Shown here in pieces: positions 40,505 to 53,564 of a stretch of DNA of 64,000 bases. Within the stretch, counting starts at the first letter, position 1. Every line of letters starts with the position of its first letter. The notes beneath the pieces were generated by a model. The model was given only the letters and a program-made list of their open reading frames with translations, was not told the DNA's origin and did no database searches. Both the position numbers and the translations under genes were made by a program. Origin of the DNA: Stegostoma tigrinum (Eukaryota); the NCBI RefSeq assembly GCF_030684315.1, contig NC_081373.1:40525989-40589988 (forward strand). Reading direction: 5' to 3'.

Positions 40505-40724
40505 ATAACAAAGTGTGAAGCTGGATGAACACAACTGGCCAAGCGCCATCTCAGGAGCACAAAAGCTGACGTTTCGGGCCTAGATCATTCATCTGATGAA
40601 GGGTCTAGGCCCGAAACGACAGCTTTTGTGCTCCTGAGATGGTGCTTGGCCAGTTGTGTTCATCCAGCTTCACACTTTGTTATCTTGGATTCTCCAGCAT
40701 CTGCAGTTCCCATTATCTCTGATC
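40505..40724. mobile_element. Palindromic PLE-terminal mini-element
   Basis: About 90-bp inverted arms meeting at ttcatctgatgaa; TSD acaagtttcaacatag at 40489-40504 and 40725-40740. Confidence 0.9.
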
Positions 40725-41088
40725 ACAAGTTTCAACATAGGGCAGGATTGAGCAGTAAATATTCCAGGATATAAAGTGTTCAGGGAAGATGGGGAAGGAA
40801 GGGAAAAAGGAGAAGTTGTTGATTCAGGGGAACATAAGGAAACAGTAGATTTCCCAGAGCAGCCAAGAACAGAATATAGAACTAAGCAAAAGAAAATGGA
40901 ACAGCTGCTTCGGTCAGTGAGATCTTTACGTCACTAACTAGTGGGAAACAAGTAGAACAAGTTAGCAAGGAAATCACAGAGAGAGATGTGCACATTATAG
41001 AATAGTTATTATGGGGTACTTTAATTATCTAAATACAGACTTGGATAATAGCATAAACAATGAAAGAGAGTCATGAGTTCCTAAAGTG

Positions 41089-42291
41089 TATAAAATGTGA
41101 GGCTGGATGAACACAGCAGGCCCAGCAGCATCTCAGGAGCACAAAAGCTGACGTTTCGGGCCTAGACCCTTCATCAGAGAGGGGGATGGGGTGAGGGTTC
41201 TGGAATAAATAGGGAGAGAGGGGGAGGCGGACCGAAGATGGAGAGAAAAGATGATAGGTGGAGAGGAGAGTATAGGTGGGGAGGTAGGGAGGGGATAGGT
41301 CAGTCCAGGGAAGACAGACAGGTCAAGGAGGTGGGATGAGATTAGTAGGTAGGAGATGGACGTGCGGCTTGGGGTGGGAGGAAGGGATGGGTGAGAGGAA
41401 GAACAGGTTAGGGAGGCAGAGACAGGTTGGACTGGTTTTGGGTTGCAGTGGGTGGAGGGGAAGAGCTGGGCTGGTTGTGTGGTGCAGTGGGGGGAGGGGA
41501 CGAGCTGGGCTGGTTTTGGGATGCGGTGGGGGAAGGGGAGATTTTGAAGCTGGTGAAGTCCACATTGATACCATTGGGCTACAGAGTTCCCAAGCGGAAT
41601 ATGAGTTGCTGTTCCTGCAACCTTCGGGTGGCATCATTGTGACAGTGCAGGAGGCCCATGATGGACATGTCATCTAAAGAATGGGAGGGGGAGTGGAAAT
41701 GGTTTGCGACTGGGAGGTGCAGTTGTTTATTGCGAACCGAGCGGAGGTGTTCTGCAAAGCGGTTCCCAAGCCTCCATTTGGTTTCCCCAATGTAGAGGAA
41801 GCCACACCGGGTACAATGGATGCAGTATACCACATTGCCAGATGTGCAGGTGAACCTCTGCTTGATATGGAAAGTCATGTTGGGGCCTGGGATAGGGGTG
41901 AGGGAGGAGGTGTGGGGGCAAGTGTAGCATTTCCTGCGGTTGCAGGGGACGGTGCCGGGTGTGGTGGGGTTGGAGGGCAGTGTTCGCTCCTACCTACTAA
42001 CCTCATCCCACCTCCTTGACCTGTCCGTCTTCCCTGGACTGACCTATCCTCTCCCTACCTCCCCACCTATACTCTCCTCTCCACCTATCTTCTTTTCTCT
42101 CCATCTTCGGTCCGCCTCCCCCTCTCTCCCTATTTATTCCAGAACCCTCACCCCATTCCCCTCTCTGATGAAGGGTCTAGGCCCGAAACATCAGCTTTGG
42201 TGCTCCTGAGATGCTGCTGGGCCTGCTGTGTTCATCCAGCCTCACATTTTATTATCTTGGATTCTCCAGCATCTGCAGTTCCCATTATCAC
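41089..42291 (-). mobile_element. 5'-truncated Penelope-like element with an inverted terminal repeat at its 5' side
   Basis: GIY-YIG frame 41579-41878; inversion junction ~41985; TSD agttcctaaagtg at 41076-41088 and 42292-42304. Confidence 0.92.
41148..41179 (-). ncRNA. Minimal hammerhead ribozyme motif (intact core)
   Basis: Identical CUGAUGAAGGGUCUAGGCCCGAAACGUC on the minus strand. Confidence 0.78.
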
Positions 42292-44379
42292 AGTTCCTAA
42301 AGTGCGTTGAGAGGCAATTTTTACAGCAGCAAGCTTCCAGTCCAATGTGAAAACAGGCATTGCTGGACTTGGCATTTGTGAATCAGGTGAGTCAAATAGT
42401 CAAGTATCAGTACATGAATATGTTGAACATCGTGATAATTTCATAATAAGGTTTAAGGTAGAAATTGACAAGGAACAATCCGATGCAATAAGAATAAGAT
42501 GGAAGCAAATTTCAATGTTGTACGAATCAGATCCAGATAAATTGAAGCCAAAACTATAACTTAAGATACTGTTTGGGCACAGTCGAGGTGAACACCCATG
42601 GAGGGAACAGGTAAGGCAAAAAGTATAGGGTCATTTAGGTTAAAAAAAAATACAAAGCTGAAGATGAAAATGAAAAACATACTTAGGACAGATGCCAGGT
42701 TGAGAAAACAATGAGCGGCCAGCCTGATTACAAAATTCAAGAAGATTGAAACAGCAGGTAACAGAAACAAAGAGAATATGAGAATAAACTGGCAGCTAAC
42801 CAAAAGCGCATTCTGAAGTCTTCTATTAAGAAAAAAAGGAGTGAGCCTGAATAGGCTTCAAAAAGAAGTTTTACATATGGAGCGAAGAGGCATGCCTGAG
42901 ACAATTAACTGAAAGGTTTGCATCTGTCTTCACCAAGACAAAAGATAATGACACAGGGTATGCTGACGCAGGATATTTTTTAGATAATTGAGGCATTTAG
43001 AATTGATAAGGCAGAGGGTTTTTTTTACAATCATTCATGGGATTTGGGCAAAACTAGTTAAGTCAACATTTACTGCCTATCTCTATACACCCGCAAGTAA
43101 GTGGTGGTGAACTGCTTATTAGACTGTAATGGATAGGCTGCGAAGTGTGGAGTGATCAATTCATTTTGGTGGGAAGTGTGTGAAGAGACAATATGAAATA
43201 AAGTATACAATTCTAAAGAGAGTACAGTAGCTGAGAACCTGGACATTTGAGTGTATAAATCAATGAAGGTGGTAGGAGAGATCAAGAGTATGGTTAATAA
43301 ATATTCAGTATCCTGGGCTTTATTATTAGCAACATATAAAAGCAAGGAAGTTGCATTAAACCTGTAGAAATTATAATGGTTCTGGGAACTACATTAAATA
43401 GATGAACACTTGAAAGGCTATAACATACAAGGTTACAGCCAAGTGCTTGAAACTGAGATTCAAATAGATGGACATTTAATGACCAAAGTGTAAATGATGG
43501 GCCAACGGGTGTTTTTCATGTTGTAAAAACTCTATGAATGATATGAAGGTCTAACTGATGATGCAGATAACATTCATGGCAATGGCTCCAGGGTTGAGGA
43601 ACTTCAGTTATGTAGATAGATGGAGAAGCTGGGATTGTTCTCCTCGGAGAAGAAAAGTTGAGAGGAGGCTTGTTTGAGGTGTTCAAAATTATGAGGAGTC
43701 AGGACAGAGTAGAGTGAGACAAACTGGTTCTATTGTTGGAAAAATCGAGAAACAGAGGGCACAGATCTGCGATAATGCAAAGCAATGACAACACGAGGAA
43801 TGGATTATTCTCAGCAAGTGAAGGAGGGTCACTGGACCCGAAACATTAACTCTGCTCTCTCGCCATAGATGTTGCCAGACCTGGTGTGTTGCCCGAGCAA
43901 TTTCTGGGGTTTTTTTTGTTTTTAATCTCGAGCTCTGCAATTCATTGTTTTATTTCATTGTTAGCTGCTGCCTGAGAGTGTGATGGAGGCAGGGTTAATG
44001 TATTCAAGAGGAAGGAACTGTGATAATTTAAAAAAATGAAGAAGGTGCAGGATAAGTCAAGGAGCAACACCAGGTGAGAGGGAACACACACAGTAGGTTG
44101 AAAGATCTTCTTCTGTGCCTATACTCGTTCTGTGACAAAGGCATGATCACCTAGACACAGGTGCAGGCTCTCAGGATTCACGGAAAGCCAGTTGTTCTTA
44201 GGCCAGCAGCAAGAGCTGTTGGAGCTCCCTGGGACTATAAGATCATGGGAGACGAAGGGAAGAACTCACAGCATGTGTGTGTGTGCAGCAAAGGGTCAGG
44301 GTTTTGAGCAAGAGCTCTCTATTGGGAGATTGGCCACCTCAAGACTGACGCTAGGCTGCAGCACTCTGAGCAATTAGAA

Positions 44380-47300
44380 GAATATTTCACTGGAGAGGAT
44401 GCAGAGGAGATTTGCCAGGATACTGCCTGGGTTGGAGTGTTTTAGTTATTGAGAGATTGGACAGACTGGGGTTGTTTCCCTTAGAGCAGAGGAAATTGAG
44501 AGTGGACGTGATTGAGATTTATAAAATAAGGAAGGGCACAGGCGGAGTAGACAGGAAGAAGCGTTTCCCATTTGTGGAAGAATTATTGACAGGGGGCATA
44601 GATTTAAGGTAAAGGTCAGAAGGTTTAGAGGAGATATGACAAAAAGCTTTTACACCCAGAGGGAGGTGGGTCTGGAATTCACTGATGGTAAGGGTGTGAG
44701 AGGCAGAAACCCTCATAACATTTTAGAAGAAATATTTAGATGTGTATATGCATTGCCAAGGCATATAAGGATATGGACCAAGTGCTGGAAAATGGAATTA
44801 AAATAGTTAGGTGGTTGTTTTTGTCCCGCATGGAAGTGATGGGCTAAAGGGCTTTTCTCTTGTGCTAGGAATCTTCATGGCTCTATAAAACAGACTAATA
44901 GGAAAATCAGTGGATTAGCAATGGATGACATTTAAAGCAGGTATTTCACAATGCCCTCAAAAATTTAGTCCATTCAAAAGAAAAGGACTCCATGAGAAGG
45001 ATGAGCAACTTGTGGTTACCAAAACGGTGGCCAAGGAGAGTATCCAATCAACACCTAAGTCATACAGAGAGAATTGGGAATCTTTTAAGGAAGCAGCAGA
45101 TGCCTAAAAAGCTACTAAAAAGGGAGGAAATAGATTATGAAAGTCAATTGGCAAGAAATAGATTTTAAAAAATCAAGAGCTTCTATGTGTATCCAGAAAA
45201 AAAGGAGTAGCAGTTAAATAAGTGTGGAATCTTTATGGATTGCAACTGGGAAATTAATAATGGAAAATAGGGAAATGACAAATAGTTCACCCAATATCTT
45301 GCATTTGTTTTTATGGTGAAGCACATTATAAATATCTCAAAGACAATAGATAAGCAAGATACGAATGAGTGGAAAGAGTTTGTAACAGTTTCGAGGGAGA
45401 ATTATTTGACAAGCTAATGAGACTAAAGGCAGGCAAGCCACCAGGACCTAATGACCTGTATCAAAGTAAGTGACGGCAGAGATAATGGAGGCATTGGTTG
45501 AAATAATCACTAAATTCTGAGAGGGTTCCAGCAGATTGGAAAACTGTCCATTCAAGGAGAAATGGAAACCAAAAACATGAAACTGTTGGCTAGATAGTGT
45601 AATATCTGTCACTGGGATAATGTTATTGATTTCGGAAGAAAAGCAGGACAGTTAGAAAAGCTTAATATAATGAAAATGAGTCAACGTGATTTTGTGAAAA
45701 GGGAAATCATTTTTGATAAATTTTCCAGAATTCATTGAGGGAATAACATGCTGAGTTGATAAAAGGTAACCAGCAGATGCAGAATATTTGGATTTCCAGA
45801 AAGCATTCAATAACATACGACGTACAATGTTATTGCACATGATAGGCACTCACAATATTGATAGTAATGTATTTTCATGAATTGAAGATTGCTTAATATA
45901 CAGAGTATCAGTAGTCGTGTATCTTTTCCAAATTGGAAACATACAAGTACGGATTGCACCTGAACTGAAAGGGGACTAATATACTGGTGGAGATATTTGC
46001 CGGAGCTGGTTGAGAAAATTTAAATTTGAATGAGATTGGGGGAGCGGAGACCCAGGGTGATAGTGAAAAATGAGAGATCAGTCTGAGGCTGATGTAGTTG
46101 GGAAAAGGAGCAAGTCAAACAGTCAGGGCAGGCAGGAACAAAGCAGAGAACAAGGTAGGACTGATAAATTTAACAGCATTTATTTCAATGCAAGAGGCCG
46201 AACAGGTAAGGCAGATTATGGTTATGGAAGGTTATGGAGAATCCAAAGGGATCCTAATAATACTTTAAGGGCAAAAGAGTAGCAATGGAGAGAATAGGGC
46301 CCCTTAAAGATCAGCAAGACTGCCTATGTGTGGAACCGCAGAAGAAGGGGGAGAAATTAAATGAATAATTTGCATCAGTGTTTACTGTGGAGAAGGATTT
46401 GGAAGCTAGAGAACTTGGAGAAATAAATAGCAGCATCTTGAAAAATGTCCATATTATAGAAGAGGAGGTGCCAGACACCTGAAAGCACACAAAAGTGGAT
46501 TAATTCCAGGGACCTGATCAGGTTACCCTATAACTCTGTGAGAAGCTAGGGAAGTAATTGCTGGCCCCCTTACTGAGACATTTGTATCATCAATAGTGAC
46601 AGAAGAGGTGCCGGAAGACTGAAGGTTAGCTAACATGGTGCCATTATTCAGGAAACGTGGTAAGGAAAAGTCAGGGAACTATAGGCCAGTGACCCTGACA
46701 TCAGTGGTGGGCAAGTTGTTGGAAGAAATCCTGAGGGACAGGATTTGTTTGTATTTGGTTGGGCAAGAACTGATTGGGGCAGTCAATATGATTTTGTGTG
46801 TGGGAAATCATGTCTCACTAACTTGATTAAGTTTTTGGAAGAAATAACAAAGAGGATTGATGATTGCAGAGTGGTGGATGTGAGCTATTTGAACTTCAGT
46901 AAGGCATTTGACAAAGTTATGCATGGTACACTACATGAAATACAGGGAGAACCACCTATCTAGATACAGAACTGGCTCAAAGATAGGAAACAGAGGGTGG
47001 TCATGGAATGTTGCTTTTCAGACTGGAGGCCTGTGCCCAGCGGTGTGACACAAGGATCTGTGCTGGATCCACTGCTTTTCATCATTTATATAAATGACTT
47101 GGATGTGAATGTAGAAGGTAGAGTTTAGTAAGTTTGCAGATAATAACAAAATTAATGGTATCATGCAGAGTGAAGACAGTTACCTCAGAATTCCAATTAC
47201 AACCCATCCTTGGGCTGTGGGGGGAAACCAGAGAACACTGCAGAAACCCACACAAACATGGGGAAAATGTCTGTGTGGAGTTTGCACATCACCTGAGGTT

Positions 47301-47800
47301 AGAATCAAACCCAGGTCCCGGGCATGTAAGGCAGCAGTGCTAACCGCTGTGCCACCGTGCTGCCCAAGGTTAGGCCTTTATTCAGTCGAGTTTAGAAGAA
47401 TGAGGGGTGATCAAAGTAAAACATACAAGGCTCTGAAGATTCTGAAGGGGCTTGACAAGCTAGGTGCTTGCACTTGAGGGGAAATCTCAATCTAGAGGAC
47501 ATCGTCACAGAACAAGGGGACATTTATTTCAAATTGAGATGCAAATCAATTTCTTCTCTCAGAGTGTAGTGAATGCCTCAAATTCTGTACCCCAGAGAGT
47601 CGTGGGAACTAAATCACCAAAAATACTTACAGAGGATGGAGATGGGTTTCTGTAATTGTGGAATTGAGGGCTATGAAGAGCTGGCAAAAAAAAAAGTGGC
47701 TTTGAGGCATGGCGCAGATCAACCATGATCTTTTGAATAGCAGGGATGGCTAGAAGGGCAGAATAGCCTATTGCTGCTCTTGTTTTCTTCTGTTCGTATA
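44380..47800 (+). mobile_element. Cluster of nested CR1 LINE fragments, with a partial HE1 SINE on the minus strand at ~47209-47365
   Basis: VPLFRK..KEKSGNYRPVTLTSVVGKLLE, GKSCLTNLI.F.EE.TK.ID...[30 protein letters not shown]. Confidence 0.8.
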
Positions 47801-49332
47801 TCTTAACAAAGGCAAACACAGGAGTTTCTCCTACTTGTAATCAGGCAGTTTTTCTCTTTATGAGCATCATGTTAATATTACAAACTCTAACAGGGAACCA
47901 TAAAGCAATGGAACCAAATAAGCTCCCAACTTAACCAGCTACAGTTCACATTTTGATCCAAGCAGGTTTGCATTGGAAGATCTTATTTTTGTGATTAAAC
48001 ATTCTCAGGTTCTACCTGTCACTTGTTAAAATGTCCACAACTAGGTGATTTTTAGAAACTTGATGTTCTTCTATATTAGAAACACATTTTGATAACTGTC
48101 ATGTAAAAATTAATGATGAAAGAAAATGGGATTAATTTATCAAACTTGGGCGTGTGTGAGTCCTTATTGAGCATCTGTGGTTCTGGAGTTCAAGGAAGCA
48201 ATCCCTGCTCTCAGTTAATTCATTCTCAGATAAACGTAAACATAAATATGCTTTACATTTTCACATTATCAAATGCTTTTGATAAATAAATATTGATCAC
48301 TCACTGTAACTTCCACATTGTCATCCTTTCTAACAAATCTGGTTAAAATAGCAGTAGGAAACATTTCCTTACTTTGCTTGTCATTAACATTAAATTTATG
48401 CTTTGTTGCAATAACTCTATTCCCTGGGTTAGGTTTTCTCTTGGATTGTCACCTCTACTATAGACTAACATGTCATTGGCAAACCATCTATATAGTTGAC
48501 AGGGTAGATGAATGAAAGGTGTCTTCGCTGGCCTATGGCGATGAAACCGGGGGAGAGAAAGTCTCAAACAAAGAAGTGACCAAGCTGATGAATAATTTCT
48601 TCATTCAAAGAGTGTTGAATCTTTGGAATTCCACACGAGAGGCCTGTGAATGCTCAGTCATTCAGTATATTCAAGACAAAGGTCAGTATATTTCTAGATA
48701 TTAAAGATATCAAGGTGTATTGGAATAATGTTGTAAAATTGGCCTGAGGCAGAAGGTTTAACCATGCTATAATTGAATGATGGAACAAGGTCAAGGATCT
48801 GAAAGGTCTACACCTGTTCTTTTTCTTACATTCCTAAATCGTATTGGAAGTACAGACAAGAGGCCTAATTCTTTATCTAACATACCAAAATTGATCCTTC
48901 ACAGTTAAAACTTCCAATATTTTTGTTTTTGGCCGTAAAAGCAGAACAGGTCTCATGGTTTGCAGTATGTGACATGTCACTTAACAGTTTTGTTATTGGG
49001 TTCGCAATAATACAAAACAACATGCAATCAATCTCTTTCAATAGCATTACCACAACCACTGAGCAATGTGAGCAGTTCCATTGAATGTGTAAACATCAAT
49101 CTTGATAAAGTCACTTACAGATTGAGGCAGCTTTCTGAATGATTATTGGTATGCATTTAGCTACAGGACCTGACCAAAATTTCAGAGATATACACTTTCA
49201 TATAGATTACTCCCTTTCTCCAATTGAGCCTAATGTCTTTTTCTCATACCATAAACTTTTGAATTTGTTATTGTACTTACATTCTTCAATGCAATCAGTT
49301 ACTCTGTACAGTGGATACAAAAAAAACAGATA

Positions 49333-49526
49333 GAGATAGTGGGAACTGCAGATGCTGGAGAATCTGAGATAATAAAGTGTGGAGCTGGATGAACACAGCA
49401 GGCCAAGCAGCATCTCAGGAGCACAAGAGCTGACGTTTCGGGCCTAGACCCTTGCCAAAACATCAGCTTTGTGCCCCTAAGATGCTGCTTGGCCTGCTGT
49501 ATTTATCCAGCTCCACACTTTACTAT
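49333..49526. mobile_element. Palindromic PLE-terminal mini-element (older, hammerhead cores deleted at the centre)
   Basis: Tailed left arm and tail-less inverted right arm; no convincing TSD. Confidence 0.8.
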
Positions 49527-49579
49527 GTAGACTAGGCCTGGTATTGCTAAATGAAATAGGATGAACGTATGACGTCAGT

Positions 49580-51905
49580 GAAAGTAGTCCACAGTGGCAG
49601 CATTCATAATATGATTGAATTTTACACACAGTTTGGAGGTGAGCAGAGCAAATCCAAGACTAGTATTTGAAATCTAAATTGAGGCAATTATGAAGGCATG
49701 AAAGCAAAGGTAGCTGAAATGTACTGGCAAGTTGGGTTTAGGGATAATCATTAGAGAAACAGAGGCAAACATTTAAGGGATATTCCAGATTACACAGAAG
49801 AAAAAATCTAATTGTGCATGTGCCATCACTGTTAACTAAAAGAAAAATTAAGGATAGTATCAGACTTGGAGACAAACACATAATTGTACAAAAATAGTTG
49901 GCAGGTCAGACGATTGGACAGAATATTAAAAATTTAAAAATGCAAAAAAATGAATAAAAGATTAATAAGGTGAGAAACAGAGTTCTAGACAATAACAGCT
50001 AGAAATAAAAATTGAAAGTAAAAATTTCTATATATACTTAAAGAGGAAAAATTAACAAGTGAGCATTGACTCTACAGAATGTAAGCCTAGGAAATTAAAA
50101 GTGGGAAATACGGAGATTGCAGATTAATTGAAGAGGTATTTTACATCCATCTTCACCATATAGGGTACAAATAAAACTCCAAAAATAGCTCCAATTCAAG
50201 AAATGGAAGGGGGCAGAAACACTAGGGAATTACCATTTGAGTAATTGGGAAAATTAGAGCTGTGGGCTGACAAATCCCTGAGTCCTAATGTATTTCATTA
50301 TCAAGTCTAGTGAGTAGTGAAGGTTGATGTGTTGGTTTTAATTTTTCAAAATTTCTTCCGTTTGCAAAACATGTCATTACGTTAAAAAATAATGACTGTA
50401 ACACCATTATTTAAGAAAGGAGGGAGACAGAAAGCAAATAATGACAGGCTAGTTTGCTTAACATTTGTTAGAAGGAAAATGGTAAGAGCATTTATTAAAG
50501 ACATTAGGGTAGGGCACTTGAAAAATTTTAAGATAATCAGGCAGAGTTGACATTGTTTTGCAAGAAGAGAATTCATGTTTAACCCATTTATTGGATTTTT
50601 CAGGAAGCAACATATGCTGTGGAGAAAGGAGAATTCATTGATACACTATACCTAGATATTCAAACCATTTGATAAGGTACTCAATCGATGTTTATTGCAG
50701 AAAATAACAGGTCATCACACAGAAATAACATATTGGCATGAATAGATATTTGGTTGTTAACTTGATCCAAAGAATACCCTAAAACAAGTCATTTTCTGGT
50801 TGGCAAGATTTAACAAGTGGTGTACTACCGGGATCAATGCTGGGTCCTCAACCAAACACAGTGAAGTGCCAGAAAAACTCAACAAGTCTGACAAATCTGA
50901 GGACAGAGAGACATGGTTAACCTTTCAGATCCAGTATGATCTCTTCTTCAGAGCTTAACATTTTATGTCTTCAGAATCCTCAACATTTTATAGTTAATAC
51001 AAATATAACTTGGATGATGGTGTTAAAGGTAAGGTTGCAAAATTTGCAGATTACGCAAACATTGATAGAAACGTAGGCTGTCAAGAGGACATGAGGAGGC
51101 CTCTAGCAATATGAATAGTTTAGGTGGGTGGGCAAAGGTCTGTCAAAAGAATTATAACAGGAAAATGGGAAGAAAAAGTATGTTATCAAAATGGTGAGAG
51201 ATTCTAGGCTCAGAGAAATATGGGGACCTAACTTATGAATTGCAAAAGGTTAGTCTGGATGTATAGCAAGTAATTAGGAAAGCTAATAGAATTCTCTCAT
51301 TTTTTGCAAGAGGAATTGAATACTAAAGTATAAGTGAAATATAACTTATCCAAAAGAGCATTAGTGCACAATGTCTGGAGTACTATATACAGTATCAGTG
51401 TCCTTATTTAAGGAAGGATGCAACTGCATTGGAAACAATTCAGAGAAATTTTAATGGATTACGATCCAAAATGTCCAGGTTGCCTTATGAAAAATGGTTG
51501 GACAGACTAGGTTTGTATCCACTGGAGTTTAAGGTGACATTATTGACTTGTATAATTCTGAGGAACCATGACAGGGTGGCTATGAAGAGCATGTGTCCCC
51601 TTGTGAGAGATTCTGGAGCCAAAGATCACTGTCTAAAAAAAGTAAGGGGCTGCCATTCAAGACAGGAGAAAGGAGGATATTTTTTCCTCCCAGAGGATTG
51701 TGTGTCTTTGGAACTCTCATTCAAAAAGTTGTGGAAGAAGAGTCTGAATATTTTTTAAGTAAGAAATTGATACATTTTTGACAAGCAAAGAGGTGAAAGT
51801 TTATGGGGCAGTGAGGGAATAGACATGAATATGGAGTGAGCCACAATCTCTTTGAATGGCAGAGCAGACTCGAGTTGCTGAGTGGCCTATTCCTGCTCCT
51901 AATTG
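49580..51905 (+). mobile_element. Long decayed CR1 ORF2 and 3' UTR, interrupted by a PLE terminal fragment at ~50855-50975
   Basis: VTPLFKKGGRQK, VSL, FDKV, SGV..GS.LGPQ, KFAD.., LGLYPLEF in the expected order. Confidence 0.8.
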
Positions 51906-53564
51906 ATATACCACTGGAAAATACACAACATTGTATTTCATTATAAATATGAACACGAAAACTGACAAAGTGGACCATTTTCAGCAAATAATTATGAGCT
52001 AAGTTTTTACTCCGTTATGTTCCAATACACATCACTCTCATCACAAAATAGAATGACAAACCAGTCAACTTACACACAATGTAGACAAGCTCTCGAAGAC
52101 AAATCAAACAGATATCAGGACACAGGAGCGCATAAAACATAAGCAAAAAATACATTGAAACTATGATATTCAGCTGCTGATGTGACATCTGTACACTCAA
52201 TGAGAAACAACAGCATCATAGAGATGTTAATACACAACAAACCTGAAAATTCTACTTCTGCTTTCCGCCCACACAAAATACTAAAACGTTCAATATAAAT
52301 CAGTGTGTTAGCTGTACACCTTGTTTTCAGAGTTCTATAGATTGGACCAGAAGCTACTAAAATCTAGAAGACAAATGCAAAGCATTTAGAAAAGTCAAAG
52401 AAATGGATTTTATATAATTTCAGAAACAACGATGCACAATTGGCCAGTATAATATCTTAAAATGAAAATTAAAAAACCGTTAACAGATAAACAGAACTGA
52501 GCAGAAAAGAAAGCCTCTGAAAGCAGATTTCCTTGTCTTGTTGGAAGAGGTATTCCAGAGTATATCGAACATTCTGGTGGCAGAACAGGGGGAATACTGA
52601 AGCTCCAGGGTCTGGGCTTCTTCTGTTTGACGAACACTACATTCATCTCAAGACACTCACTGCAAACTTTTTACTGGACATAGATTCCCTGTACTTGTGT
52701 CCAATGTTCTTCTGCAAGTGACAGTTACGTCTCCCATGCATTCATACTATTTTAATCACTGTCAATTATTTATTGTATGAAATGATGAAACGTACAAATT
52801 CTGTGTACTAAAAAATGTATACAATTAACATTGTTTCAGGGAAAAAAATCTCTGCATGTTGTTGATTTTATGTAAATGAAACATATAGTCATGGAACCAT
52901 TTATATAGCATGAAGCAGATCAGTTGCCCACTGCTTTAATGCTGGTTCCTTTGCAGCAATTCAATTCGCCTAATTTCTCTACTCTATTCCAATAGCCCTG
53001 TGAGTTTATTTTCTACAAGTGTTCATCTAACTTCAATCCACAATCACTGATTGTTTTTGGTTTCAACCACCCTCATGTGCAGTACATACCATGTCATTAC
53101 CACTCATTGGAAAAAAAAGCCATGCTTAACTTATAGAAACCTTAAACCTGTCTCCCTAAGTCCTCATACCATCAGCCATTTGGAACAGGTTTTCCCTGTC
53201 TAACGTATCTGAACCTGTCATACATTAGTGGGGGGATGTGTACAAGATTATATTCAATTCATTTTGAATACTTTTCTATCCCATTCTTTTCTGCTATTTG
53301 CTTTCCTTTTCTTCTGGAGGCCTTGATTTCTTGCTGATTGATCTTCCATGGTATTATAGTGTGAATGGGATCAACTTCTTTCAAATCAATGGTAGTTTCA
53401 GAAGCCTATAATATAGTCAGATTGAAATTCCAGCAAAGTTGCCAGATAGTTTAAAGGTCTTACAGATGCAATTGGACACTCATAGAACGAGGCAAGAATA
53501 ATGTATCTATTTAAAAGCTATCTACAAAAAGTTCATCTCAGTTCTTAGAATTAAAGGTGAAAAT

